Assembly: GCA_010015585.1 (NCBI GenBank)
Contig: ML975179.1
Origin: Eremomyces bilateralis CBS 781.70
Lineage: Eukaryota
Strand: one strand, 5' to 3'
DNA: 64,000 nt
A program made the translations under genes and the position numbers. The notes beneath the pieces were generated by a model. It did not search any database. It saw nothing but the letters and a program-made list of their open reading frames with translations, and was not told the DNA's origin. Of the stretch, positions 1 through 12,869 are shown piece by piece. The first letter of the stretch is position 1, and each line of letters starts with the position of its first letter.

Positions 1-23
1 GCTATACAATAGCGATCTATTAT

Positions 24-1683
24 CTATTCGCTCGCTTCGTCCAGAACCCCCTCTACCTCCCGCTTTGACACAAAAAACATTCCCACTGACGTCAGAAAGA
101 CGCCCAATGCAACAACCAGCCATAGCAAACCAGGGACATTGGCAGACATTCCCTTCTCGAAGACCCAGGCAAGACCAGGGCTTCCCACCATGAGGCCCAG
201 CGCATCCACCACCGTTATCACAGTGAACAGTCGTGCCAGTTGATGTTGGCCGACAAACGATGTAAGTAATCCACGAAGGAAGTATGTGATACCCAGTCCA
301 AGGGCCTGGATGAACAGAGCGACGACGAAAAGCGGAATGATTGGCGCAGCAGCGGTGGCCAAAAAAGCGAAGAACAGTGATATCGCCGATATCCTGCCAA
401 GAAGTAGATCGGAGTGTCGGACGGAAAGGCGGGTTCGAGGCCAGCGCGTGGACGATTGGATGCGGTCCATAATGATGGGCATGACAATAAGGAAGTACAC
501 GAGCGTGAAACCCCCTCGAATGCCGATAAAAAGAGTGGCATCCGAGAGTGGCATTCCAAATCGAATACTAGTGTATTGTAAGATGAGAGAACGATCCATA
601 AGGAGCATATGGAACATAAAAGGCGGAAGAAGTAAGAGGACACGAGAGTCCTCGATAACGAAGCTTGTCATATAATGGACTTTCTCACGAGCCTTCTTTA
701 AGAAGTCAGGGATCGTATTCGCCGTCTCATGTCCCATATCAGAGTTGCGTGGTGCCATTGAGTGACCGGACTTGGAGACCTCAGGAAGTGTCTCCGGGAG
801 CAGTAGACACATCACAGCGTTAATAACGTAGAGGCCAAGACCAACGAGGATTGCCGTCCATACATTGGCCTTCATTAGTGCCGAAGCTATCGGAGGGCTG
901 ATGAGCATGGACGACATCGATGCTCCTCCCAATCGGAAGAATGTAGCAACTCGTTTCTGTTCGGGTGTCACATCTGTTAGGATAGTGTAGAGAAGCGAAT
1001 TCGCCCCTGCACTGGAGCCTCCTAGCACCGTATGCATCGAGGCAAGCATGATCAGCTCGATTTTGATCGTTTTCGGAAAATATACTGTTTGAAAACGAGA
1101 AATGTTAGTGATCATTTAGCCCCATTACCGCGGTGATAGGAACAGGGTTGCGAATAAGCACGATATACTTACAAACTGTCGAAATCCAAAGCGACCTGAG
1201 GGCGAAGGAGCACATAAGCAACACCGCAACCCACTTTCTCGTGTATCTATCAGCGACCCATCCAAAAATCGGAGCGAATATCAGCGACGTTCCGGCCTCC
1301 AGAAACATGAGCCAGCCCCTGAGCAGCGCAACATCGCCCTGCACCGCCGGAAGCTTGCAGAACTGCTCCGGGATGCCATTCTGAACGTCCAGTCCCACCA
1401 TTGAGGAATCGTGCGCTCGATAGTAACGTCGGCAATAGGCATCTTCAATCAGGCGGGTGGTCGCTGGGTCAAAGATCCCGTCCGCAACGCCGGAGACCAC
1501 CAAGACGCTGGCTATGAGGAAGAAAACGACGTGAAAACGCGATATCAGGGGTTTCTTCTTTATTCTATTCTCATCGCTACTGAGATCCTGAGCTAGTAAA
1601 GAGTCGGTGGAGGTTGGAGATAGCAGAGGGGTCCGTTCATCGTGGCCTGGCATCGCTGCCAAAGCAGCCTCATTTCGAGACAT
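24..1683 (-). CDS. MFS transporter; 2 exons (1683-1173, 1084-24)
   Basis: Many hydrophobic helices, MFS motif A-like 'GWVADRYTRK', N-terminal 'ERTPLL'. Intron 1172-1085 (GTAAGT...ACTAAC...CAG) joins the two ORFs in frame (STV-LYFPKT). Confidence 0.88.
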
Positions 1684-2858
1684 TATGGATCAAGGACGAG
1701 GAGTAACGAATCCATAAAGCAATCGCCCCAAGTGAGGGAAACGCGAACGCTAAGTACTTCTCATCAGAACCATGTTTGTTCTGCTTAGGATTGTCGTCGG
1801 GATCAAGCCATCGAGAAAGATCGAGATAGACAGGACGCGTTGACATCACAGTCAGCGACGACCCAATACCCACGGACGGATTTCGGAGTTGGCGTAAGCT
1901 AGGAAGTTGTATTGGGCAAGGTACGGAATACGGAGTTGAACTTGCGACGACAGTACACAACTTAAACACCATTCGGTTAGTCCGCACCTCATTACAGTAA
2001 CTCAATAAATCAGTAGTAGGTAAACGCGTCGGCAGCTTGACGCTGAAGGGACTTGAAACTGGATAGCCTTGCCCAGTCGTATTATGGTATATCTCACCCA
2101 CGCGTCCGAAAGGGATGACGTGCCCACTGCTCCACTGCCCCACTGCCCAACGCAAGAGTTGACCAGGACTCCCCATTGCAAGATAATAAATTCAAGTCTC
2201 AAGGGAATAATTATGATGCTCTGTGAGCATCGCGAACGCAATCATTGCAAACATCGGAGTTCCCAGCCTCAGAGCCAACCGTCCAATCGGGCAGTAGAGC
2301 AACTTCGGAGTTGATAAAAGCGGAACCTCAGGACTTAAGGTCAATTAGGAAGGGAGAAAATCCGAGCTTTTCTCATACAACTTGTTACGGTACGGTAGCT
2401 GGATGCACACAACATACATGTAGCCAAAGGTATTCTAGATTAAGCTAAAGAATAGAACAAGAAGGGGAAACCTTTCTTGTTTACTCTGTACATCGAAGAG
2501 GGTTGGACTCTGATTCAACCCTTGACCTAATCAGGCTTAGGCTCCCAGCCTTAGCCAACCAAGGGTTTCAACCCATAACACAACTTACCGTAAATTCTGA
2601 GCTTTATTCGTACTTTTATCGAAAATTCCGGGAGTGGTTATTTCTGTTTCTACTGGTCTAAGTACTGCTGACTTGGAGGCATGGGGCTGGGTGTGTCCCC
2701 GCTACTAAATCGGTAAATCCACCAATCGCGATATCCGGTGACCGTCTAAGCTTTTCAGGAGGTACCTGTTATTCCTCCAAACTTCTGGACTTTTCTACTT
2801 TTTTTGGATTCCTAATTACCTTACGTGAGTTACGTCTCATCGTTTAAGCGACTTCAAC

Positions 2859-5193
2859 ATGCTGTACGCTCCTAAATATCTCACTACCTGTGAGTAGTGC
2901 CGCCAGATGAAAATTCAGTGTCAGAGTGAGCTCACTGAGCTGAGGAGGAACCTGCCCATCTGAACAAACAAAAGCGTCCTAACCATGCGCAGCACTACAG
3001 AGAGATACGAGCGTGACCAATCCTGTATCGAGTGAACATGCAAGACTGGTCAGAGAATTTTAGTCACCGAGCATGCTGATCCAGTACTGCCGTAGAACGA
3101 CGGCAGGATTGCCATTTTCGGTTAAGAAGAAAGGGGACAAAAAAACCTCATCCCAAGGAGTCTCATTGTCGGTCACACCCATATGTATTTAAGATTTAGA
3201 TCTCGATATTAAGAACCTTCTAGCTTCCAATAACCCCCAACTAGCGACCAGTCGGTCTGTGTACAGCCCAGTCTCGCCTGCCATCAGCACACCCATATCC
3301 ATCAATGAGACATCCCCTGAACCATCAAACCCGCCTCCTGCAACCCCCTCTCCAACCCTTATAAGAGAACCCCAATTGTACATTGACAGGTTGGTTCTTA
3401 ATGGGGCAACCGAGCGACTTCGCCAGGATGAAAAGTCAATCTACATTGTACGGACACGGAAAATAAAATCAAATGCAAGTCTATTCTAATGCTTGCGTTG
3501 GGCATCAATGAACATGGTTAGTTCACCAGACAACACCCAATCTTCATATGCATTCGGGACTGAATCATATCTGTTCCGTTGCCAGCTCCAACAGCGCTTT
3601 CTTTTCCGAGGACGCCCTCGATTCTCTATACCAAAGACTTGGTCACGACAGGTTGAAGCAACTGGTTACTACACTCGAGGCAAGCGGCTACGAGCAGCTC
3701 CAAGTCTTGATTCATTCAAAATAGCCACAAGAGACTTTTGAGGATTCTCTCGACCACCGGATACTCTATGTCCGATGTAAGATCCACCCCGTCCTAGCGA
3801 AACCAAATTCTCAGGTAACCGCTGCTAACATGAGTGATCAAGCGTACTTTGAGGACATCCGCTCCATGTACCCTTTCTTGGATCAAGAGGCCTTTGAGAA
3901 GAGAGAATTCTCGTCGCCCGAACAAGAATTATACGATCCCTCAGACAAGCCCTGATTGGCCCTTTACCGTACCGTCTTAAGTCTTGGATGCTTATATCAC
4001 GATGGTGCTACATTCTATCCCGGAAAGTGCATTGCCTGGCGGTATTTTCGAACATCATTGAGCTACTTTGTAGATATCTTAATCTTAAAGTCGTCCTCAT
4101 TAAAACTCTAGGTATGCTTGAAGTTCAACCAGGATATCGATGAATATATTAACTATATCATAGGCGCTGACTGCCATGGTATGCTCCGCTTTCCCGATGC
4201 GGCCGTCTTCCACCTAACAAATCTCACAAATTCAGGCAATATTTACACTCAATCATTCGAGCTCGTACCTCGAAACATTGTGGGTTCCAGAGGCCGCGAT
4301 GGCTATCGTGACGTTGGGTCTTCACAAGAAAGACTCGAGACCCTGAATCCGAATTGCAAAGGAGGAGGATATCTTGGGTAGTCTACCTCCTTGAGAGGAA
4401 CATGTACCTTGGCTTCGGTACGCTGGTAATCTATTTAAACATCTCTCCTTATTAACGGATATATCTAGCTTATCCCGGATCATGACATTAACTGTCCCTT
4501 GCCCGTCACCAATTAGAAGGTTTCGATTGGTTGCAATGCCGGGCACGTCCTCTCGGATTCTCAGCCGCGCCTACGATACGTGTTTTTCAATCACCGCGAC
4601 TTTGAAACTGAAAGGAATACGTTGAAGCCCTGGACTGTATTGACGAGGACGCGCTGGCTTGGAAATATTCGATTCCAGAGTCCTTGCGGCCGGACGTTCC
4701 GTTCCGTCAACACTAGACAAGGTTCCCAGGATTGAAGCAGCTTACGGTGCGAATTTGTCTTGCCTACCATAACCTGCGAATTTGTCTGGCACGACTAATT
4801 ATCCATGTCACACGCGATGAGCAATCGAAACGAAAGGTGGAAGCTAAAATGAGCCTCATGCGAGCGGCTCGCTCTATTGTACAGTAGAACTAATGCAGTA
4901 CATCTTCCCTTGAACCGTACACCCCTGCCTGGTAAGTATGCAGCACTGCCCGAAGACTGTGTAGGCTGACCGCCAATGCTAGGAACTCCGCGTCCTTTCC
5001 AATGGCTGCAGTGTTCGAACTCACTGATTTTGTGATCCACAATACTACGCACCGCGAAACCCGTAGGAACCTCACGTCCCTTGACATTGTCATTGCGCAT
5101 TTTAGTCGCCTGGAATGTGCTTGGAACGGAGAGCTACCTACTCCCATATTTCTTTCCTGCCGATATAGCTGGGAGATTTCGTGGTTAGTTTAG
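2859..5193 (+). pseudogene. Disrupted Zn(II)2Cys6 / Fungal_trans-domain transcription factor
   Basis: ATG 2859 reads MLYAPKYLTTCE*CRQMKIQC (C-x2-C-x6-C with TAG at 2895). Middle-homology-like segments 'AYFEDIRSMYPFLDQEAFE', 'LALYRTVLSLGCLYHDG', 'ISWVVYLLER' and 'FELTDFVIHNTTHRETRRNL' are interrupted by stops (TGA 3953, TAG 4109) and frameshifts; residual intron signals remain. Confidence 0.8.
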
Positions 5194-5759
5194 ACTTGAG
5201 GGATTTTTTGCTTCCGGCGATTTCAGGTCACTTACAAGTTACAACTCGTTCCAATCCAGCCTCCAGGTCCGGCGTTCAGCTTATCTTATATAAATATGCG
5301 GGGATATCACAGGAATCACTAGCTTTAGAGCTAAATTTGGCTAACTATCGTTTACCAAACTTACCATGGATACAAATTTCAGAATGTCAATTGATGTTAT
5401 CACGGCAGAAGTAAGACGAGTCGAGGACAACTTGATCCGCTGAGCCTCACATTAGAGGTATCGGCTTGCTTCCGATTGTTGGCTCGTACATCCAAAAATG
5501 GCGGTCCTGAAGCGCCCCCGGGAACTCCGACGCGTGAGCCAGTGATAAACTCATAATGAACTCCTCTCCACGAACCCTAAATTGGCTAGTCTGAAGTGGA
5601 TCTTCGAGCCTAATATCCAACCCCTCTCTTAATCAAGGTAGGAGACCGATGATATTTCTAGCTTAGTCGTCATGTCACACGCCCTACGACTTATGTTCAA
5701 TAACTATACAGCTCAACGTATCTTCAAAGAATAAGCTATTATTCTCCTCGTCAACAAAG

Positions 5760-6722
5760 ATGGCTCCCTCCGCGACGACCACGACCACGGCTGCCTTGGC
5801 TCCTTCCACAAAGACCGCGTCTGGCAATACGAGCTTCAAGTTAAAACCAGATAGCATCCCTAGAGCTAAAGATGAAGAGTCCCAGACGAAGCAACAGACG
5901 CCTCTCCAAGCGATCTCCCATGGAAATCTTAGCCTCCCAGGCGTTCCATCCTTTCCAGATTTTGCCTCCCAACGACAATGGCAGCTCGAGCACATGGCGG
6001 CCGCATTCCGACACTGGGATCGTATGGGCTATGTCGAAGGCATGAGCGGGCATATCTCGGTGCGTGACCCGGAGATTCACGACGCCTTCTGGACGAATCC
6101 GATCGGCGTTCACTTTGGAATGCTGAACGCTAGCGACATGATTTTGGTGAACTTCCAGGGCGAGGTGATTGGGGGCAATCAGTCTCGACCGCCTAATGCA
6201 GCGGGGGTATGGATCCATGGTTCCATTCACAAGGCATGGCCTCACGTCCACGCCGTGTGCCACTGTCACAGTGTTTACGGGAAGACATGGTCGGTTTTCG
6301 GCAAGCCATTGGAGATGTTGACACAAGATACGTGCAAATTCTTTGGCGATGCGCAGGCGGTCTACGACAATCACGGAGGCGTCGTCCTTGCGGCAGAAGA
6401 GGGCGAACGCATTGCATCGGCTTTGGGACCAACCGCCAAAGGTTGCGTTCTGCGTAACCACGGCCTTCTTACCGTCGGTCAGACCGTGGATGAAGCTGCC
6501 TGGCTGTTCACGAGTATGGAAAACAGTTGCAGGGTCCAGCTCTTGGCCGATGCAGCTGCAGCCAACGATGAGTTGAAGAAAGTGTTGATCTCCGATACGG
6601 AGGCCCGGTTCAACTTTGAGGCGGAAGGCGACCCAGAGGTGTGCCATGCGGAATTTCAGGTGTACTATGACTACGAGGATCGCCGATGTCAAGGCGAGTT
6701 TAAGGACTTTAAAGGCTTGTAA
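5760..6722 (+). CDS. Class II aldolase/adducin-family protein (mug14-like), intronless
   Basis: 320-aa ORF with 'EGMSGHISVRDP', 'IHGSIH', metal-binding 'HCH' and 'LRNHGLLTVG'. Confidence 0.93.
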   Translation: MAPSATTTTTAALAPSTKTASGNTSFKLKPDSIPRAKDEESQTKQQTPLQAISHGNLSLPGVPSFPDFASQRQWQLEHMAAAFRHWDRMGYVEGMSGHISVRDPEIHDAFWTNPIGVHFGMLNASDMILVNFQGEVIGGNQSRPPNAAGVWIHGSIHKAWPHVHAVCHCHSVYGKTWSVFGKPLEMLTQDTCKFFGDAQAVYDNHGGVVLAAEEGERIASALGPTAKGCVLRNHGLLTVGQTVDEAAWLFTSMENSCRVQLLADAAAANDELKKVLISDTEARFNFEAEGDPEVCHAEFQVYYDYEDRRCQGEFKDFKGL

Positions 6723-8528
6723 TGCGGTTGCGGACAGAATAGTAATCCTCAAATTCGTCTCTCCTTGTTCATTCAATTTCAAAACATTGGTTGCCGTTCG
6801 TCGATCAAATGGTCAGAGAAAATAGTCTAGAGTGTGTTTGTCGCTGTGATTCATGAGACTAGAGCTTATCTTGATGCCGAAATATCTCATAGCCTTGAAG
6901 AATACCAATCTGATCTCTCAGCAGCCTTCGGGCACAGTCAGGGGTTACATTCCACCGCCACCCCCTGTAAGGCGAGTCGGGCACGAAGCGAAGCCGGCTC
7001 AAGCACTCTGCTTGATCTTGATCTCCACAAAGAATGGAGGCAAAATACCTCCATTGGATACGACAATAATGACAGACTTTTGCAAATTCTTGATTTTCCT
7101 ACCTCCAATTACTTCCGTTGGTGTTGGTGATCTGCAAGAAATCGAAATTGGAGGCGTGAATCGTTCAGCTCTGATTCAAGTTCCGGGCCGCACCAGGACC
7201 AGCCCCTTAACTATTTAAAGAGACCAGGGACATTGTTGACGAGCATTCTTAATTATTCCGTGATTCAACTTGTAAACGAAAACCGCGCGATGCGCCAACA
7301 CAGCAATCGCAGAATAGTATAGAGCCTCAGAACGTATACAGGGTATATGATGGTGGGAGATTGAAATAAGTATTGGAAGAGTGCATCGTTGCTTCCATTT
7401 CTAGAAGTCGAATGAAACCGACCACCCTTACTGGCACAGGTAGATCTCAGGACTCACCTGCGTGGATGTTGAAATCCAAGGTGGTATTCAGTGCAGCCTT
7501 CCTTGGTTGCGAGGCCTCTGCATTGATCCTACCAGGTGAATTAATCTTACCTAGAGAGTCTCGAGATTGCGCATCTAAATCGGAACGCACCACCATAACA
7601 TAACCTCTCATCAAACCCCTTACCTGAGCGTTATCTTCCGCTCACCTTTCACTGGACAAAAACGCCACTGCAAGCTCTCCGCCCATAGAGCGGTCATGAG
7701 ATTATCATATTTCACTTGCTCATATTGACCCCTCATACTCTAACCATCAGGAACTCCCCCCTCGCCTTTAGGGTTTTGATCACTTCTTTTTGGACTGAAG
7801 AACGACCAGTAAGAGTATACAGCAGCGATAGCTCTCCCTTCGGACTCATTTTGATCTCACCACAATCATCTCGACTATTTGGAACAGTGAATACCACTGA
7901 ACTGGGATCCGAATCCATCCTGCACTATCATCCTCTCACCTACCTGTATGCGGGTGAGACTGCTGCAAACAACTCTCAACTCATTGCACTGAACAAAGGG
8001 TGAATGGCGTACGGATTTTCACGTCCAATCCTAGCCCACTTTCTCAGTCACATCTTACTTGGCTCGAAGACACAATCCTCATTCTCATTTTCATCTGTTC
8101 GCCCCTTTACCTGAGGTATCTTCAAATCATCTCTGAATCAGAGAGGTCACTGTGCAGCAGATATTCGAATAATTAAAGTCCATTCTCACACTCACATTTA
8201 CCTGCTCTGACCTTCCCGTTACCTTTGCCGATTTCACCTCCAGTGCAGTGGTTTTCAGGTTTATCTCTCATTTTGAATGGGTTTGAAGTCTTCCGCAATC
8301 TTGCGCTATCATCTCCCAATTTCAGTCGCGGATGCGCTTCGTCAATCATCCCTAGCGCTGCATCTCCAGCTCTTACCATAATTGGTAGTCACGACTAGCA
8401 CTCCTCACTTCAGTCCCAGCGAATTTCTGCGCGTTCATCCCCAACTGGGCCAATGCCATCACATTCCTCCCAGAGCTCAGCGGAGATCGTATTTGGCACC
8501 TTACACTACCGCTCCATCCTTCTTTCGC

Positions 8529-10184
8529 ATGGTGGACATGATGCCGGAAGAAGCGGCATCCCGAGTCGAAAGCTCAGATAGCATTGGAGTGGTGTCAGAT
8601 GCGGTCCAGCACTACCAACTATGCCTCAAAGAATGCTTTCAGTAAAAGATCGACGCCCCCGAAGCAGCTGGTAAGCTCATGAAAATGCACTCGAGGTCCT
8701 CTTCCCAGTTGAAGGCTGTACAATGGCAGACCTGAAAAGTCACGATACGAGGGAGAGTTACGATCCACCAAAGTTTGTGAACCGGAGTGAAGCCTCTCGG
8801 CAGACTATTCGGATTGATATCACTTGCTCATCTTATCGGGCTCCCCAAAAGATCCTTGGGTGCATTCTTTTCGTTGCAGATGATGGAGCCAGCGGATATT
8901 CGGTCATCGCGAACTTTGGCAAGTATCCCACCGAGGAAAATCCCGGTATTGGGAACTCCACAAAGCGAGACGAGGATTAAACTGAGGCGCGAGACGGATC
9001 TAGCCTCAAAGATTGCAGCACTTGCCTTCATACGGGAGGGCATCAGTATGACAATACAGAGCAGAGGAAAAGGCTTCGAAGGAATGATCTGTCCTTGATC
9101 AGTTGCACGCAACCAGTCTCAATGGAACTATTCTTTACTTACCAGTATGAGGGAGATCACGCCGGAGTAAGGCTATTCCAATATCTAGCCGATACACATG
9201 TAACTAACTCATGGTATCGGTAGGTGGGGCCTGAATTGGGCTTGACGCCATGCGAGCTCTCTGGATCTCTTTGGAGAATCGGTGCAGATGTCGTGGGAAA
9301 ATTCCGGACCTTCCTCGAAGAATCTATAGACCGGTTTAAGAGAGCCAACGACGTCACAACATTTGAATTTCCACGTGAGAAGTGTGGCCACAGGCTCCTC
9401 CAAGGCCTGTTCGATAGCCTACAATCCGAACGAAGAGGTCAGCTATTCGAGTTCATATTCAAGGATGTGCCCGGTCTTCGTCTGCCAGTTTACTGTGATT
9501 GTGTCAATTCAGTCTTTCTCGTTCGTTACAGTTTGCTCAAAAAAGTTGCCAAATCCAAGGGACTTCGCCATGTCGACGAGACGCTCCAGATATGGAAGCA
9601 TGCGATCGACACGAGCCTAGTCTCATTCTTCTCTTCATTCGACCCGACAGACGGAAATCTAACATATGAACGCTTCAAATCCATGGACATTATCGAAAAG
9701 TGGGAACGCTGGAAGAGAATCGCCCCAGATCGGCTGCACAGGATGCCAAATCTCATCAAGCTAAAAGGGACGAAAGTTGGAGCAGACTGGAGGTGACTTG
9801 GGAGACGGGTACTGGCAGTACGCGTTCTCAGTAGTTTGAAATCTAACTCCACGACAAAGCTACGTGCGAGTATCTCATAGAGACTACAATCTGCGGCAAT
9901 CGTACGTTACTACTCAAGAACTAGGTGATTGCGACTTACCATTTCCCGCAGACGACACAAGATCCAAAGAAACAATAACGAAACTCCGCCCAGGAATTGA
10001 CTACTTTGCCCTCGTCTTCGAGCTAGAGAACCGTGCTGTAATTGTTAGTGTGTCCGAAGTGATAGAAAGGGTCGAGCTTCGGAAAAGAAAAAAAAGTCCG
10101 ATGAATCCACGCCTGAATCTAGCACTGAATACGAAGCAAACCAGCATATCAAGAAAGGGGGGAAGGCGAGGAGACTTACAGTAA
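8529..10184 (+). pseudogene. Fragmented orphan ORF(s) of unknown family
   Basis: Successive protein-like + strand segments (8723-8980, 9224-9796, 9864-10184) separated by stops/frame changes without convincing intron signals; no family recognised. Confidence 0.35.
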
Positions 10185-11055
10185 GTTCTGCACATCTTCT
10201 GCTGCTCTGCATTACCCCAACTCCAATGCTAGCACTTGGAGAAGAACAAAACAACTTGGACGACGTCGACATGAGCTCGATGACCTACCATAAGACGAAG
10301 AATGCGTCGGGCTCAGGTGTGATCGTCCTCAGACCTAAGCGTCTGAAGAGGAAGCGTGCATAGGAACATCGAATTACTGCTATTGAGAAAAGACACCGTG
10401 AGAAATTTGATAGTATCGACATATTGGAACGATCTAGCACCTTGAAGCTGTTAGAAGCACTCTTTTCAGTGTTACCAGTGCACAGGAAGGAGACTACCGG
10501 ATGCTTGGTGGCTATGAGCAAATATCGGCGTCTATTGATGCATTTACGTGAGGACACCTATCAGGTAGAAAGTGGAGGTGTACCAGCATTTAAATGGGAA
10601 GAGGTCAAAATATTCCATATATTCCGTACCGTATCTCATATAGCAAACCATCTATCGGCTCTCGTTCTAGTTATGGGTTCCCTTGCCCTGCAAAGCTTAC
10701 CAGACTACTGACCAAATTCCTGACAATAGTGATTAGTGGATAAGGTACGGACGCCAATAATGATAGAATTTGCTAATGTTGGTCGAGTAAGGTGTATTAA
10801 TTTATTACTGTTGACGAAGTTCTGGTAAGGAGTTGGTGTTGAAGTCCAGCAGGCGCCGGGAATCGGCATCTCGAGCCGGCGAACCAGGATCCAGCCAGAC
10901 GTCATTTGTCATAGCCCCCCAACAATAATTATTCCTATCAATGATCAAAGGAACTTCGACTATTCACCAATCTTCGCCTGACGACTCCAATTGTTCTATT
11001 TGGATGATTCACAAAATCTAGTATTCTCGTTTTCGAAACTCGATACCCTACAATA

Positions 11056-12157
11056 ATGTCGACGACCGTATTCTCCCGATCTTCCGCCCGGGCTCTATCC
11101 CGATGTTGCCGGAACGCCTCACGAGCAACCGAACGCATCGCCACCGCGCCATGCACACAACGCAGCATCTCATACGCATCGAGGCAGACACCGATACTGT
11201 CTTCACAGTCGCGACGACGACCTCAGACCTCTTCGCGCCTCCCACAGATCCAGAACGTCCAGTCACGACGGACGATCTTCATCCAGACCGAAGGGACGCC
11301 GAATGCAGATGTACGTGTCGAATTGCGACCATCGAACTCCGGCTTTCGTCGAACAACACGAAACTAACGATTGATTCTAGGCGCTCAAGTTTAACCCGAA
11401 CACTCGTGTCCTACCGGAAGCCTTCCCTTCCACCTTTGTGGAATACCTCTCTCCTCGATCCACCCTCGCTCCGCCGCACCCATCCCCGCTCGCCGGTCAA
11501 CTCCTCAATGTCGACGGCGTCACAGCGGTCTTCTTTGGCGCCGACTACATCACCGTGACGAAAGACAGCAGTGTGCCGTGGGAGCACATCAAGCCGGAGG
11601 TGTTCTCGCTGATCACGGAATATGTGACCTCGGGGCAGGCGATGGTGACGACGGTGGCGAGAGGGACGGCAGAAGGAGACGAGGGGCAGGAGGCGGAGGA
11701 GAAGGATAGTTTGGCGTATGATGAGGACGACGACGAGGTGGTGGGGATGATCAAGGAGTTGCTGGAGACAAGGATCCGGCCGGCGATTCAGGAGGATGGA
11801 GGGGACATTGAGTTCCGTGGGTTTGAGAATGGTACGGTGATGCTAAAGTTGCGGGGAGCGTGCAGGACGTGCGATAGCAGCACGGTGACGTTGAAGAACG
11901 GGATCGAGGTAAGTTCCTCCGTTCCTTAGGCTACGGGACCCTGGGGTCGATTTGCGGAACGAGTTTGGCTGATTGCATGGCAGAGTATGATGATGCACTA
12001 TATCCCCGAGGTCACGGCGGTGGAGCAAGTCGCGGATCCGGAAGAAGAGATTGCAATCAAGGAGTTTGCGAAGTTCGAGGAGAAGTTGAAGCAGCAGAGG
12101 GGTTACGAGGTGCCGTCTACGACAGGGAAAGGCTCGTTGGACACGGTGGAGGGTTAA
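11056..12157 (+). CDS. NFU1: Mitochondrial Fe-S cluster scaffold NFU1; exons 11056-11310, 11381-11908, 11984-12157
   Basis: Arg/Ser-rich presequence, 'IFIQTEGTPNADALKF', NifU-C 'IRPAIQEDGGDI...LRGACRTC' (CxxC); canonical introns. Confidence 0.96.
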
Positions 12158-12869
12158 AGAGGATATTTTCACCACTCTCTCTGAATGACTACCGTCATAC
12201 TTTGTTTGAGTACGGAGTATAGAACGGCGTATTATTTCTGGCGTGTTTTGAGGAGTTGACTAGACGCTCGGTGCTGCAGTGTTGCTGTGGTCAATTCATC
12301 TGGATGGTTCACACCAGCAACATCGATACCAGCAGCGCTTAAGCAGAGCAAGACACCAAAGAGACAGGGATAGTTCAGTTTATGTCTGAGGCAGCAAGGC
12401 TGAAGACTCTAAAACTCGAACTCACGTGTCAAGCTAGGGTATGACGTAATGAGGGCTTCGGAGTCCATGTTGCGATTGACCACTAAAAATGAAGCAAACT
12501 TTGGTTGGGACGATCGATCGAGAATCTGACTGACAAGCCCGAAAATCACGCTTTCCATAATTAGGTAGTTATCGAAGAATTTCTGGGTACCTTATCTGTT
12601 GAGCGATCCCCTGTCATTTGTTCCAGTTTCAAGGAAAGTGCGGTAGGCGTTCCTGCATATCATCCCACTTGATATTTGCCATGAGAACAGACCGGACGCG
12701 CCCCGCTATCACATCCCTTCGTCTATGATCTCTTCTCTTCCGGATTCTTCTCCATCTCCTTCTTGTTCATAGGACTCATAGATTCGTGCATATACCCTTA
12801 CATCTTGTCTCATTACCGAGTATCCTGCAGTGCCCCGCCACATATACCCTTCTCCCCATACCTAGCAGC

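Noticed and set aside
5841..6782. 313-aa antisense ORF over the aldolase (likewise antisense ORFs over RRP43, the cyclin, CNL1, the SDR and REC8)
   Set aside because: Shadow frames expected from GC-rich codon usage; no protein motifs.
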